A stretch of DNA of 64,000 nt from Vicugna vicugna. Taxonomy: Eukaryota. Where the stretch lies: positions 877,303 to 941,302 of the forward strand of contig MU057640.1 in the NCBI GenBank assembly GCA_013265495.1, read 5' to 3'. The notes under the pieces are model-generated. The model had not been told where the DNA came from. It saw only the letters and a program-made list of their open reading frames with translations, and did not search any database. The position numbers and the translations under genes are program-made. This document shows, piece after piece, positions 24,627 through 38,039 of this stretch (positions are counted from its first letter, which is position 1; each line of letters begins with the position of its first letter).

Positions 24627-27024
24627 CTCCCTATGAGGTTTCTGAGAGGCCAATTCATTGTAAGGGTCACCCACAGTCCCGCCCTCTCTACTGGCAGGAC
24701 CAACACTCCCAAGAGGAAAAGCCACGAGGAGGATAAACAGGAAAGCAGAGTCTGCCTTCCAAAACCTGGGAATGCTGGAAGGCGCTAGTGAATGACATCA
24801 TAAAGGAAGCAATCCAAGATGTTTTAGGTTAATTTCTTCACAGTTTCTGCAAAACATGAAGTTGCGGTGATTTAAGGATCTCGTTTGAAATCACCACGAC
24901 TGAAGATCAAAATCAAAACAGTTTTTAACTATGATGTCTCATAACTCAAAAATTATCTCTGGAATAGATTCACCTTTGACAAGACACTAATTAACCATGA
25001 CAATTTGCTCTCATTCAAATGTAAGAGAAAGCATTTTCAAGAAAAGCTCAGAAGAATATGATTCTGACTTTTTGGTCACAAGACTTCAATTTTGAACAAG
25101 AACCTCCCCCCCCCAAAAACCCACTTATAAGATGCATAAGATGGTAAGAGAAGAGGCCTCCTTATGTGGAAAGATTCACATTAGAATTGTGACAAATAAT
25201 GTCTGTGTTCTCTGGGGTTGGGGACTGGTTTATAGGATGGTGGGAATTTCAGGACAGCGTTCCATGTACTCTCATCACTATCTTTGGCACGTTCTGTTGG
25301 AGCTCCCTTGCCTGCACTCAGGAAGATCATGTAGCTTTTCAATCACTTTCCCTTATAAGAACAGTCTAATCTGTGGAAATGAAGGCGCACTCATTTATTA
25401 AAGTGATCTAGTGATCTCATATCAAAACTTCAATCTCAGCCAATTCTAAGCTTCTCTCCTCCTGCCCCACCTCCGTGACCTGGCGTGGGGCGCGGGCCTG
25501 TGGTCTTCCCTTTGACTATCCTCAGCCTCTTTCACTGCTCCCCATACCCACCCTGCAGCTCAGAGCTCCTCCAGGTTCAACATGAGAGGAAGTAACTTGA
25601 GGGCAGAGGCGGCTGAACATCTTTTCACATCAGTCTGCGCTATTTGCAATTCTCCCTTGGCCCTCAACGTTGTCTGTGTGAGGCAGCAGTACATCTCGGT
25701 ACATTCAGGGGGTGACTTTGTAGGTTCTTCAGAGGCCCCACGTGGATCTCCTCCCACTCAGTTCCCTAATGTGGCTGAAAAACCGCTTGACTGGGTTTTT
25801 GTGAACCCCTACCCTGCCCCTCCACCATACCTCTGACCTCAGCATGTACTGCACAGTCTGTGTTCACTGTTGGGGTCACCTCACCCCAAAAGGCCATCTC
25901 CCAGGCAAGGACCTAGCAGTAATTACTCCATCTCTCTACCGTTCCCAGAGTCTGCCACTGCTGGCATCACTCTCCTGACCTCACTCTCATGGGCTGCTTC
26001 AGCAACTTCCCAGCTACCAAATTCCCTGTGGCAGCAGGCCCCTGTCTCTGTATTCACCACGTCCAAAGGCTTCACTGTGCTCTGCTCCGATGGGCCGGGG
26101 GCAGGTCAGCAGGCGTCTGCTGGGGAGGGAGATGTCAACCTCCCATCGCTGCCGTGACCCCAGCCTCTGCATTGGAGGCCTCTCCCTCGGCTTGGGGTGA
26201 GGGGAGAGCCCTTCTCTCCTCCCTCCGTGGCAGTGGGACGGGGATGTCCCAGCATTGTTTATGAGGCCACGACTCTTCACTGAGATGACTGCCTTTAGCC
26301 TCCTTCTGAATCACTAGGCATCTCTGATATCGGCTGGAGTTTGGGGGCCGGTAGACATCAGACCAATTCTGACATCTGTTATTAAACACTCCATAGCCAT
26401 GTCTAATACTGTGTTTCAGAACATTAGATAATTATCACTTATTTTCTACTTTGGAGTATGAACTCCTTCTGATAATTAGGAAAGTCCTATCAACATCCTC
26501 ACTTCAAATTATGTTTCTGGAAAATTAGCAACTCAGTGCTGAAAGCACCACCAAACTCAGTGAGTCTAGAAGCCAGAAGTTGAAACACCAACCTCACAGG
26601 GACCCCACTGTAGTAGTAATGACTATTATAATCCTATAACAAAGCATAGCAGTCATGCTCTGTGCATGTGAAGGCATACTAAAACGTTTTCAACTAAAAC
26701 ACAGTTGTGTATTTATGTGAAAATTCATAAACAATTTTTTCTGATTAAAAACAAATGGAACCGACACTCTGGGTAAGCTACTTGCTGGCAGCAGAGTACT
26801 TTGGGAGATTTGTAACTTTGTTGAAGTTACATGAATTAGCTATTTCTCACTCTTGTTGATCAAGCACTTTAATGCTCAGTGATGTGATTTCAGAGTACTA
26901 ACAATAAAGGCAATATTCTATCTTTCCACTGGACTACAGTGTGCCAGCATTTTCCCATACATTTTCTCAGTCAAACCACTCAGGAAAAAAAGACATTGCT
27001 GAGCCTACAAAAAGGATGTTACAG

Positions 27025-27358
27025 AATAAGAGTTACTAAATCAGTTGCGTAAGTAACCAAGCAGGTAATATAACGTCAGAAGTGAGGCAGTAAGGAGTGG
27101 TGAGGACTGTGGCAAACCCAAAATCACAAACTACATTAAAATCCAAAAAAAGCAGTTGCTACTCAGTGCCGGCTACCTTTGACATGCAGTTCTGATGTTA
27201 TCTGATTTTTAAAAAAAGAAAATCTAAAAATTCATATATTGTGAATTCAAATGATTTTTTAAAAATACAGGATCAAGTTTTTTAGATATTAAGCCCAAAC
27301 AAAACAAAACAAAACCCTACAAATGCTGGCATCTGTGGACTGCCTGTTTGCAACCTCT
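27025..27358 (+). mobile_element. MER102-like hAT-Charlie element
   Basis: gcaggtaatataa...ggagtggtgaggactgtggcaaac...gctactcag...gtttgcaacctct. Confidence 0.65.
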
Positions 27359-27749
27359 CTCTGTGGCAGATATTGTTGGTTGCCTTATGTAATGTCCCCT
27401 CGATGCAGACCTTTGAGTGCAGTCTCCTTCAGTCAAGGTACTTGGAAGAAGAATATTTTTCCTAAGTTCCTAATGTGTTGATCTCATGGACGCTATGATG
27501 AAAGAAAATGATCAAGTTTCCATTTTCTCCTAGGCTACCAGGAAGCACAAGAGCAAACTTGTGGCCTGTCCCTAGCAAGCATGCATATCTGAGCAGAAGG
27601 TACAATCTTCTGGCCCTGTTTTATACTATTTCCCCCCTCCCCCCCCGCCTTTTCTTTCTCAACTACTTCTAATTTATCTCATCTTGCTGTATTTTATGCA
27701 AACATATGGGTCCACTCTAACTCCTCTTTGGAAAAAAGCAGTGTATAAA

Positions 27750-27910
27750 TAATTTTCATTTTCACAACCCCTATGAAATAAACATTTTTGGTCCCATTGA
27801 TAAATGAATAAACTGAGGCTCCCCAAGGTTAACTGACTTGATAATTAATCAATGCTTGAATCAGGGAATGCAAAGACCCAGCCTATCTCTCCTGGCTCCA
27901 AGTGCTCTAT
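27750..27910 (-). mobile_element. MIR SINE
   Basis: tcacaacccctatga...cccatt...aaactgaggctccccaaggttaactgacttg. Confidence 0.75.
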
Positions 27911-29856
27911 TGACCAGTAGAAACAATGCAGGCATGTATCTCAAAGTAGGGCAAGTATCTCAAACTCAGATGCAACCCAGAATTGGGCACTGTGGGAGCT
28001 GGAGACGGCCTCATCTAAATCCACTACATTGTGAAGGGGCACAGTTTCCTATAACACAACGTGATTGCAATACAAATGGTGCCCTCTAGGGTTGTGCAAT
28101 GTATATAGAACACCCTTTCTGAAGGCATTAAAATCCACTGTGTGAACAACAATAAATTAGCAGGCTGAAATGGAACCTTAGTTTGAGAACCAGGCTATAG
28201 AATCTCGCCAAACATAACGTGGACACAGTAGATAAAGAATGCAATTCAAATGTGTCTTGGGAAGATAAAGCAGTGTGTCCTACAGTGTGTCCTAGAGAGG
28301 CCCTCACTGCGATGCTGTCTCTCAAATCTGGGCCACTGGGCAGATTTACAGGCGAGAGAACACAAAGAAAGCCTTTGGATCTTTCTGTAACCAGATCCCT
28401 GGAGAGTGCTCCGAAATGAATCTGCTGTGTACAAAACTCTGTTCTGTGCCTAGAATTGAATTACAGTCTGGTTCCAATGTATCTGGATTAAATTATAACT
28501 ATAAGAGCACAGGATGTTCCCAGGTCTTAAGGAATTAGCTGTTCAAATTTAGTACTGTTCTTATTCTTAGTTTCTTTTCTCTTAAGTAATGCTAGAACAG
28601 TAGTTTTTAAGCCTTTGAAGCAGTAGAACCGTTTTCTCCGAACACATCATGCAACTCCAGTGCTCTATGGCTGGGTGATAACTGGGAGGGAGGCTTGCGG
28701 GCTGGCCCTGGGTGGGCTGCCCTTTTTGGACCAGTGCTGTTGTAAAGACAGTCTCACCCTCTTCTCTCTCCTCTAGGGTGGCTAACCCTCAGGGCTCCTC
28801 TTATTACTAAGCCTGCTTTAACGTGGTCGGAATGTTTAGAGGAACATGTCAAGCACTTTAGAAGAATCTTAGGGTTCCATAGAACATAGCTCGTGCTGGG
28901 TGATAATCTAAGAGGGACATTACAACACCACTATAACAAATCAAAAATATAGTGCCAGCTAATTCTGGTTTCCACAGCAACTTCTAACATCACTGGCAAA
29001 ACTCCTACTGCAGAAGAAAGTTTCCTCATATGAAAAATTTTAAAAACCACTCCTCTTGCTGGTGTCAGCCCATCTGTATAGTGTGTTTGGGGAGTGCACA
29101 TGTATGTTACAAAGTAGGATTACTACAGGGCTTGCCCCAATCCCAAAATCAGCACATTGACAGCCACTTATATTTATGTTATATTCAAATGAAATTCTAA
29201 AACTGAATAAAGCATAGCCTAATACCGTTTTAGGGGAACAAGTGGTTTATTTGACTACTTACATTTTAGAACATTTAGTATGTGTCAGAAGATGTCATAT
29301 ACTTCTGAAATCACAAAAGAAATTGCAAAGGAAAGCTACAAAAAAAGGGGAGGCAGTTTACTGACCTATAAGCCAGGTAAGAGCATACATATTTGAATGA
29401 GACTTCTCTTGTAAGTTATTACTTAGTTCTATCCCTAGTCGATGTGAACGGCTAATTCTAGTTGGTAAATAGTGGCAGGAAAATGTGAAATTGAAATAAA
29501 AGTTTTCCAAATAAGTAAATGCTCTTCTGTATATAGTGTGCACGTTAAATGCCTATCGTGAACATAAAGTAAGAAGCATGAAATTTTTAGTAATAGGAAA
29601 TCAGCTTCTTCGAAGCCTCCACTAAGAAATATCAACTGATTGAAGAAGGTTAGTGCCCCATCCATTCATAACCCGCCTGGCATCGAACGTCTCCGTCCAT
29701 CTCTGGGAACCAAAGAGGGAAACGAATTCAGAATCTCCATCTAAACAAACACACAATAATATCCTACTAGGCTCATTCTTACTAGACATAAGACTTCAGC
29801 TGATGGACTAACTGTGGCACGCACAAGGCCCCCAGCATTTTGGTGTCTGTCTGGGT

Positions 29857-30312
29857 TGTACTATAAATTTTTGGTGCTGTCTTGACCCAGTTTTGAGACC
29901 CTGGCCAAGGGCCAGTCAGTTTCCCTTCATTAGCCCACACTCCTCACCAAGGCCCCGGGCCTCTGTGCACCCACCCCAATCACCCTGGGGCCAGGTCCCA
30001 GACAACCAGGGTCAGCCCCTTTGCCCCCAAGTCTGCCGAAATAATCCAGATTAGTCCTAAACCAGCAGTTCTACTTCACCCTTTCCTTGCTGCGGAAATT
30101 ATAATAAATGGGCTTGCCACTATCTCTCTCACCACCCCTCTGCTTGGTGACCAACCCAGGTGCCTCCATAGAGTGGCCGTACGTGGTGTGCTGTGTTCTT
30201 GCACGGAACTGTGAGTAACAAAATAGTAAAGTTCTTTCTGGTTTCTCTTTCTTGATCTGCATCTAGCCTCACCATACCTCACCCAAGGTGATAGGATTAC
30301 CTTTTGCTCTAA
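29857..30312 (+). mobile_element. ERVL-class solo LTR (MER74/MER54-like)
   Basis: Starts TG; ttgacccagttttgagaccctggc...ccccaatcacc...ccagacaaccaggg...ctgtgagtaacaaaa. Confidence 0.6.
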
Positions 30313-31197
30313 ACTCTAAGGATAGTTGTAGGTGATGCTACATGGAGTGTCTGGAAAGCATAAGCCACTGTCAGGGCACCAATGAGCCCAACCCATCAGG
30401 ACTGGATGTTCTCTGGGCAACAGAGGGATTCTGCCTTTTGTTTTGTGGCTCCATCCAGCGGGAGTTTGAGACACAGGGGGATTGCTGCTTCTGTCTGATT
30501 TGTTTTTCCTTGGGCACAAAGAAGGGAAGCAAAGAGCCCTTAGTGAACTGAGTGTTTTCCAGAAACAACAGTGGAGATCACAGAGTAGGTGCAGAGGGGT
30601 TGCTGGCAAGCTCGAGCTGGACAACGCATTACACAGAGAAGCAACTAACCAGACTTTGGAGAGCAACAGGGACTATGGAGAAGACAGCCCTGGTACCTGC
30701 ACTGCTGAGAAGTAGATAGAGCTCAACCTGAAAGGGAATGAGACAAAGGAAGCCACGGATCCGAGCAGACCATCCCACAGTAGGCTGGACCTGACCATGT
30801 GGAAGAGGCTGCCTCTGGTCAGGTAAGGTGATGACTTCAAAGAACTCACACATTCATCACTAAGCAAGAGTCTGATAATTAACCGTTATATATGGGTGGT
30901 GTGGCCATCTCAGATTTGTGCTTTTTCAAAGATCAGCCTCGTGAACTAAACTGCTGACAAATTTTATCCAACAGAAATTTAACTTAAAAATTATTTCAGG
31001 TGATTTCATACTTTTGAAAATATCCAGGAACTCCACTGAGTTCATTGACATATTTATAAAATATTTGCGGTTGCACTGGTTCAACAGAACCATCCTCCCC
31101 ACACACTACCACCACAATCAAAACATCACCTAAGTAAATTCTATCATTATGATCAACAACCCAAACATCATAAAGAAGTGAGTAACTTAGAATGCCA

Positions 31198-31422
31198 CAC
31201 GGATATAAAACAGATAAATAACAAGGACCTACTGTGTAGCACAGGGGACTATATTCAATATTTTGTAATAAGCTATAATGGAAAAGAATCTGAAAATATT
31301 TGTGTATATATATATATATGCATATGTATAACAAAATGCTTTGCTGTATACCTGAAACTGACATTGTAAATCAACTACACTTCAATAAAAAAAAATTAAA
31401 ACAACAACAAAAACAAATAAAC
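31198..31422 (+). mobile_element. LINE-1 3' UTR fragment with A-rich tail
   Basis: aaacagataaataacaaggacctactgtgtagcacaggg...tgctgtatacctgaaactgacattgtaaatcaactacacttcaataaaaaaaaa. Confidence 0.92.
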
Positions 31423-31437
31423 AGATCTCTGGCCTGC

Positions 31438-31878
31438 TGTATTAGTTAGCTTTCACAGGTTATGCTTCAATAACAGCCTCCCAATCAAAGGGGCTTACAA
31501 AAACGAAGGCTTATTTCTCATTCTAATTACATGTCAGTTGTGGGCAGGCTGTGGCTTCAGTCCGGGTCTTCACAGGCTGATGGAGTATTACCTACTATAA
31601 TATACCAATCTCATGGCAGAGCGAGAGAGAGAGCGTGGCTAAATCTCACAATGGCTCCTAAAGCTTAATTAAGCATGGATGTACACAGTTACATCACTTT
31701 TGCTCACATTTTATTGGCCAATGAAAGCCACATGGCCCAGCCTGACATCCTCGGATAGTGAACCTCCCACCACAAGGAGGCACTGTGATTTACCTGATTA
31801 TGTGCAGGGATAGGTAATACTCTTACAAAGAAGGAGCTATAACTGGGAACAATAACACAATTGACCATTCCTACCATG
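31438..31878 (-). mobile_element. MLT1I/J-type MaLR LTR
   Basis: tgtattagttagc...ttatttctcattc...gctcacattttattggccaa...cacatggcc...ctacca. Confidence 0.7.
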
Positions 31879-33835
31879 TGAGCAGTTTTGTCGGGGACAG
31901 TGCCAATGACTGACATAGGACCTTACAAAATTCTGGTGTGCAGCTGTTAGCTTAGCACTATGAAAAGAAAAACCTTAATAGACCAAGGATCTTCAATAAG
32001 TCTCTCTGTCAACCTGAGTCCTCCTCTACAAAATGAGGTAATCGAATTGCCTTGGTGTTTTCAACATTTTCATTTTGAGCCTCAACCCCTCCCCCCACCA
32101 TGACTATTCCACTTTGAGTAACTGTGGACTGAGAAAATGTGTTGGGCTAAACCTATAACATTCATCAATTGCCAGCTACTGTTTACTATATCTAAAGGTA
32201 ATTTTGAGACAATTATGAATGACAACACTTCTCTCCTGGGATTGCTAATTAACACTTGAGCAGATTTGTACAGGCCAACAGGGAGATGAGAGCAGACGTC
32301 CTGGCTTTAAAGGCAGTTTTTCTAGAATTACAGGCATCTAAATTTATACCACAGATAGATATAATGAGATTGGCACTAAATTCACTAGCTGGCAATCATC
32401 TGTTAATCTTGTGTCTCTGTGTCTTGGGGCTCTCTTGTTCAATGCTGTATTCTAGGAACTTCTTAGTACATAGTTGATGCTCATTAAATATTTCTGAATT
32501 AATTGATAAAAGGAGTCATGTGTTCCATAATGTTTTTAATCAATGTTATCTTTTCTGACAATCAAGTCCATGCATACATTTGAAAAAGACTGACATACGT
32601 GTGAGTGAATCACATTACGTGTTTAGTGTACAGATATGTTTGATGTTTGTGTGGATCTCCATTCCTTGCAACTTTTTAGCCCTCAGGGATCTCTGGCCCA
32701 TGAGTTGGGATCACTGCATCAAAGAAACACAGGTAAATCCATCCCACAGTGCAAAAGCTAGTCCAACACATTTCTTCTAGTTTAGTTCTGAGTCTTCATT
32801 CCAATGACATTTCTCATTCAGGGGGTAAACTATAATTGAGGAATTGAGCAAAATTCTCCCCAACTTCAACAACTTGCTCACTGGGGCTAACAATCAGCCT
32901 ATAAGGTCATAAAATACTTATGTGTTAAACAAGATTTGGGTTCAGATTTCCAGGTGGGCCCCTGCCCTGGATAAAGGCCAAATGAATAAATGACTAAATC
33001 TATCCACTTAAAAACTATGTGCTTTATTTGGTATCTGCTCACATATCTGACTATGTCCTTGGTTCCTAATCCTTACCATACATCAAAGTCACCTTATCAA
33101 AACTTTAAAAATATAGGAGAGGGGCCTGGCCCCTACCAGATTCTGATTCTATTGCTCAGACATGGGTACTTTGTTTAAAAGCTGGTAGGCAATTTTAATG
33201 TGCACCCAAGGTCAAAACCCATTGGCCTGTATCAAAGAGTATCACTTCACCAAGATTAAATAAATAAGACAGTTGAATTTGGGGAGCCTTCTCTCTCAGA
33301 TCCTGGGAATTTCTTTTATTATTATAGCCATATCAGATAAACTGAACTGGGTTTTTGGGGGGGTGGTGGGAATCTTGTCAATGTTTTCATGTTGCTTGGG
33401 ATTTGATCACTGATTTATGTGCACAAGCACAGGCCACTTCCTTGTAAACTGAGAATATCCATGAGGAGAAACTGTAGGAGAAGTTGCCGGGATCATGAAA
33501 CAGAAGGAAACATGGGTATTTTTTGACAGTTGCTTATTCCTTTCTCCTCATCTGACTTAATGTGTCAGCTCCACCCACCTCTCTACTCCATAAATCCAAC
33601 AGGCCATTAAAAACACAATTAACTGCAAACTGATCCTTCCTTCCATTCACACAGCAGAGTAAACATAAACGTCAGACAGTCAGCCCTTCATCAGGGTCCA
33701 GTAGGAGCTACGCTCCAGCAGGAAGAATTGCTAAGTCACAGCTAAAAACCCAGTTAGGAGAGAATCAAGGAAAAAGAGAGTGTATCAGCCTGATGGGAAG
33801 AAATCTGAAAAATATCCCATCAAGTCCACGGAGGC

Positions 33836-33987
33836 ATAGTGCTCCTAACACTTGAACTGTGCCTTAAAATCACCCAGCGATCTTGTTAAAATGCAGATTC
33901 TGATTCCGTAGTTCTGGGGCAGGACTTGAGATTCTAAATTTCTAACAGATGCCGATGGTCCAAGGACCAGACTTTGAGCAGCAAGGC
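33836..33987. mobile_element. MER5A hAT-Charlie MITE
   Basis: aatcaccc...cttgttaaaatgcagattctgattc...ttctaaca...ggaccagactttgagcagca. Confidence 0.8.
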
Positions 33988-34126
33988 CAAAATAATAATA
34001 ATAACATTAGAGCCAATTAAGCTTTCTGCTGGATTCAGCTGCAGCAAATTGATTTGATTTGGAGTTAAGCAATCAAAGACAGAACTTTAAAAATGTATTT
34101 CTTAAAATATCTGCCTTGGCCTAAGA

Positions 34127-34760
34127 CAGTAGTTCTCAAACTTTTGGTTTTTACATTCTTAATGAGGGCCCCAAAGAGCTTTTGTTTGTGTGAGTTACAT
34201 CTAGTGTTCTTTTCTGTGTATCAGTGTATTTATTAATTTATTAGAAGTTAACAATAACGGGGATGGGGGTTTAGCTCAGCAGCAGAGTGCATGTTTGGTA
34301 TGTATAAGGTCCTGGTTTCAATCCCTAGTTCCTCTGTTAAGCGGAAAAAGTTTTTTAAAAAAACAAATTTTAAAAAAAACCCAAAAAAAAAAAAAGTTAA
34401 CAGTAAACCCATTACATATTAACAAGTAGAATATCTCCATGAATAATAAGTATGATTTGCCAAACAAAATATTTAGTGAGAAGACGACACTGTTTTACAT
34501 TCTTTGCAAATCTCTTTACTATCTGCCTTAATGAACCACAATTGGACTCTAATATCTACTTCCACACTTCATCTACTGTGCTATCACGTGTTACCATATC
34601 ATATGGCATCAAGAAAACTCCACTATATACTTGTGAGAGGGGAGTGAAAAGGGCAAACAATGGCTGGGTTGTGTTATGAAAATCACTGGACCACATGGAA
34701 TCCCTGGAAATGTCTCTGGGACTCCTGGGGGTCCTGGGATGATAACTTTGAGAACTGCTG
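34127..34760 (+). mobile_element. hAT-Charlie DNA transposon (MER119-like) with perfect 8-bp TSD
   Basis: Terminal inverted repeats cagtagttctcaaa ... tttgagaactgctg; gcctaaga at 34119-34126 and 34761-34768. Confidence 0.9.
34259..34393 (+). mobile_element. tRNA-Ala-derived SINE (vic-1-like) nested in the hAT element
   Basis: ggggatgggggtttagctcagcagcagagtgcatg...aaggtcctggtttcaatccctagttcctc plus an A tail; TSD aagttaacaataa / aagttaacagtaa. Confidence 0.9.
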
Positions 34761-35802
34761 GCCTAAGATGGGGATACAAATGAAGACAGCTTTCAGTGAC
34801 ATCGCTGAGAGTCTGCTGGAGTCTCTTCAAGCAGCACCTGTTCAGTGTTGGAAAAGTGCCTCCTTGGAGGGTAAAGCCAGAAATTAACCACTGCTATTGA
34901 TATTCCTTCTCTCCCCTCGTGAGCCTTTAGAAGGAACATCTGAAGCAAGCTCTGTTTCCTTGATCAGTGGTTGCATTTGGTCACCCAGATCAAGGTTTCA
35001 GAAAAGCCTGATAAAAATGATTATGTAAAGTTACGAGAGTACAATGGTGTTTTTAAGGGTAGAGGAGTTGCTTTGGGGGCATTTGAGTTGGTGCTACAGA
35101 ACAGGTATTTAATTCATCAGATATTTCCATTAGGTGTGTTGAAGGGAGCTCAAAAGAGGAAATATGACGCATTACCCAGGTTTTCAGGGAGCTTACAACT
35201 ATTTCAGAAAAGAAATCTTAAAAACAAATTTAAGCTGGCAAACAGTCACATGCTATACCTTGTGATAAACTATAACATGTTAGAAGAAGTCAGAGAAAGA
35301 AGGGAGGTGGAATAATCAGCAAGTTGTCACAGAAGAAGTAAAGTTATTCCTGGCGGTTACAGAGGCATGGGGGTGGGGAGGGGGGCACAGGGGTGTTGGG
35401 GCAGGGGCAAGCGGTTCCCAGAGTAGGTCTTCAGACCTCCCTCCTCGAGAAAACAAACATATTTTCAGAAATGATCTTACAATAAAACAAGCAATAACAA
35501 AGGCCAGGAAAGAAATGAAAACATAAAAAATTATCTTGTAAGTTTTGTATATTTAATACGTTAGGTATATATAATTAAAAGCACTTCCAAAGGAGTAAAC
35601 TCCGCAAGGTCCAGAGAAAGATTTGCACGTAGAACTGCAGGAAGGCCAGCCTGGCCTCTGTATCCTTACAGCTCTTGTGTTACCCTTGTTCATTTTGCAT
35701 CTTACTGTTTAAACACAGGGCAATGTGCTGCCCCAGGGCTCAGACACACACACTGTGCTAGAAGCAAACTCAACTGATTCTGATCCTTATGAATTTACAC
35801 TT

Positions 35803-36251
35803 TGTATTACTCAGGATTCTCCAGAGAATCAGAACCAATAGGTTATTGACGGATTGTAATTACAGAGGCTGAATGGTCCCATGATTTGCCATCTGCAAGC
35901 TGGAGACCTAGGAAAGCCAGTGGTGTAATTCAGAACAAGTCCAAAAACCTGAGAACCAGGGTTGCTGATGATGTAAATCCTAGTCCAAGGGCAGGGAAAG
36001 ACGAGATGAGATGTCCCAGCTCAAGCTGTGAGGCAGAGAAAAGGGGCCAATTCCTCCTTCCTTTCCTTTTGTTCTATTCAGGCCCTCAGTAGACTGACTG
36101 AAGGATGCCTGCCCACACTGACGAGGGTGATCCACTTTACTGAGCTCACTGATTCAAATATTAATCTCTCTAGCACGGATACACCCACAAATACTGTTTA
36201 ATCTGGGCACCTCACAGCCAGTCAAGTTGACACGTAAAAGTAGCCATCACA
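35803..36251 (-). mobile_element. MLT2-type ERVL solo LTR with 5-bp TSD
   Basis: tgtattactcaggattctccagagaatcagaaccaatagg ... gtcaagttgacacgtaaaagtagccatcaca; cactt on both sides (35798-35802, 36252-36256). Confidence 0.92.
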
Positions 36252-36454
36252 CACTTCATTGTGTGTAGCTGAGTCCATGTGTGTAGGGAGTCAAATGGTA
36301 TAACTAAGAGTTCCTCAAATTACCTCCCCCAAATACTGTAATTAGAATACAGTCCTTCTGAAAGGATAAGTCGTAAGTGTGCTGCTTTATTATAATTAAG
36401 ACTCAGAAAAGGTGAGTAATAAGAACAAAATACCTGCGTTTAAAAATCAAGCTA

Positions 36455-36720
36455 TACCACAATGCTGTACACCAGAAATTAACACAACACTGTAAATCAA
36501 CTACACTTCACTAAAAAGTAAATAAAACTTTAAAAAAGACTCAACAATCTTGGCAGCAATTGTTTAGAACCTGGACAATGAAAGAATTTTCTACAGAACA
36601 CACTCCATTTAAAGTTATTATAAAGTATAATCAATAAAAACATCAAATCACTATGTGGTACTCCTGAAACATAATATCATACATCAACTATGCTTCAGTA
36701 AAAAAATTTTAATTAAAAAG
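36455..36720 (+). mobile_element. Two short L1 3'-terminal fragments
   Basis: tgctgtacaccagaaattaacacaacactgtaaatcaactacacttca and aaatcactatgtggtactcctgaaacataatat...tcaactatgcttcagtaaaaaa. Confidence 0.75.
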
Positions 36721-37376
36721 AAATTTTCCAGGGAGGAGTATTATATTCATTTAGAACAGTTGGAACATGGTAATCATAACATTCATCAGCCCTATTAATG
36801 TTTTTAAACTTTTCACAGACAATGCACCCTTTATTGTCTGCACCTGAGGCCAGTGGTACCCATGGCTTCACCGTGGTTCACCACCAAAGGCTTGAACACA
36901 GGAGGGAGGAGTAGGAATGTGGGGTGCTGGGATGGGGGGAGCCTGCTGTAGGCCCCACACCAGCCCTCTCTCTGTCTTTTTTTCCCTTCAGTTACTTGGT
37001 GACTCTGCCTGGCTTCCTGGTGTGAGGAGAGAACCAGTGGCAGTGGTGTGGGGACTGACTGTTCCTGGGGCAACTTCCCGGTGGAGGCTCAAAGGATGAC
37101 AGCTATTAAGTCTGGGGCAAAGGTCAGCAATAGGCCCTCCAGGAGAATTCCCAGCTGCCAGCCCATGCTTTTGTTTATTATTTGTCTAGATTTAAAAAAA
37201 TTTTAGAGATGTTCTGTATCAAACTTTAATTACTTTCCGTGTGTCAACCCTACCGACCTCTCTCTAAGCAAACAACCCTCACGTACTTCCTAAGAAAACT
37301 GCTACCAGGGGGATAACAGCTCCCACTGCTTTATAATCCTATCTGTTCCTTATCCTGTGCTTGCTACATTTCCCTC

Positions 37377-38039
37377 AAGGAGAAAAGGATTGGACCCTGT
37401 GGGGCTCTCCTGGGAACAAAAGCCCCATCATGGCCCCCAATTATTGTTGGCAGAAAAAGGCTTTAGCTTCCCAGGTCTTCCCTGAGTTCCAGAGAGCAGA
37501 CTCGAGCAGTTACTAGTTAGGAAAGTGAGGGAATGCAGAAACAAAGGGAAAGCAGTTAAGCAAGAAAAGTAATGAAAGCTTAAATAGTAGTTCAGTGATA
37601 AAACAGAATCCTTGTTTCTCCTCAAGGAATACACATAGCAATCTGATGCAAATCTTTAAGTTGTTCTGCAGAAATAAGATCCCTACCCAGGTGGAGAATG
37701 CTAACTACATGCTGACCACAAGCATGTGAATCCCAGACTGGTTGGAACCAGAAGGTTGATGATTAAGATCCCCAAAACATCACCCTCTTACCTCACCACT
37801 AACCAATTAGAAGAAAGTCCATGAGTTGATCACAAACCCTGCAGCTCTCACTCCTGATGTTGCCTTAAAAGCTCTTCCCTGAAAACCATTGGGGAGTTCA
37901 GGTCTTTTGAGCATTAGCTGCCTGTTCTACTTGCTTGGTGCCCTGCAATAAATGCTGTACTTTCCTTCTCCACAAGCCCATGTCAGTAGATTGGTTTTGC
38001 TGTGCAAGGGCAAGCGGACCCAAGTTCAGTAAGATAACG
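37377..38039 (+). mobile_element. ERV1-type solo LTR (artiodactyl-like)
   Basis: LTR layout: CCAAT (aaccaattag), TATA-like ccttaaaagct, AATAAA near 37948, and a 3' end gggcaagcggacccaagttcagt...taac. The 5' boundary is uncertain. Confidence 0.7.
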
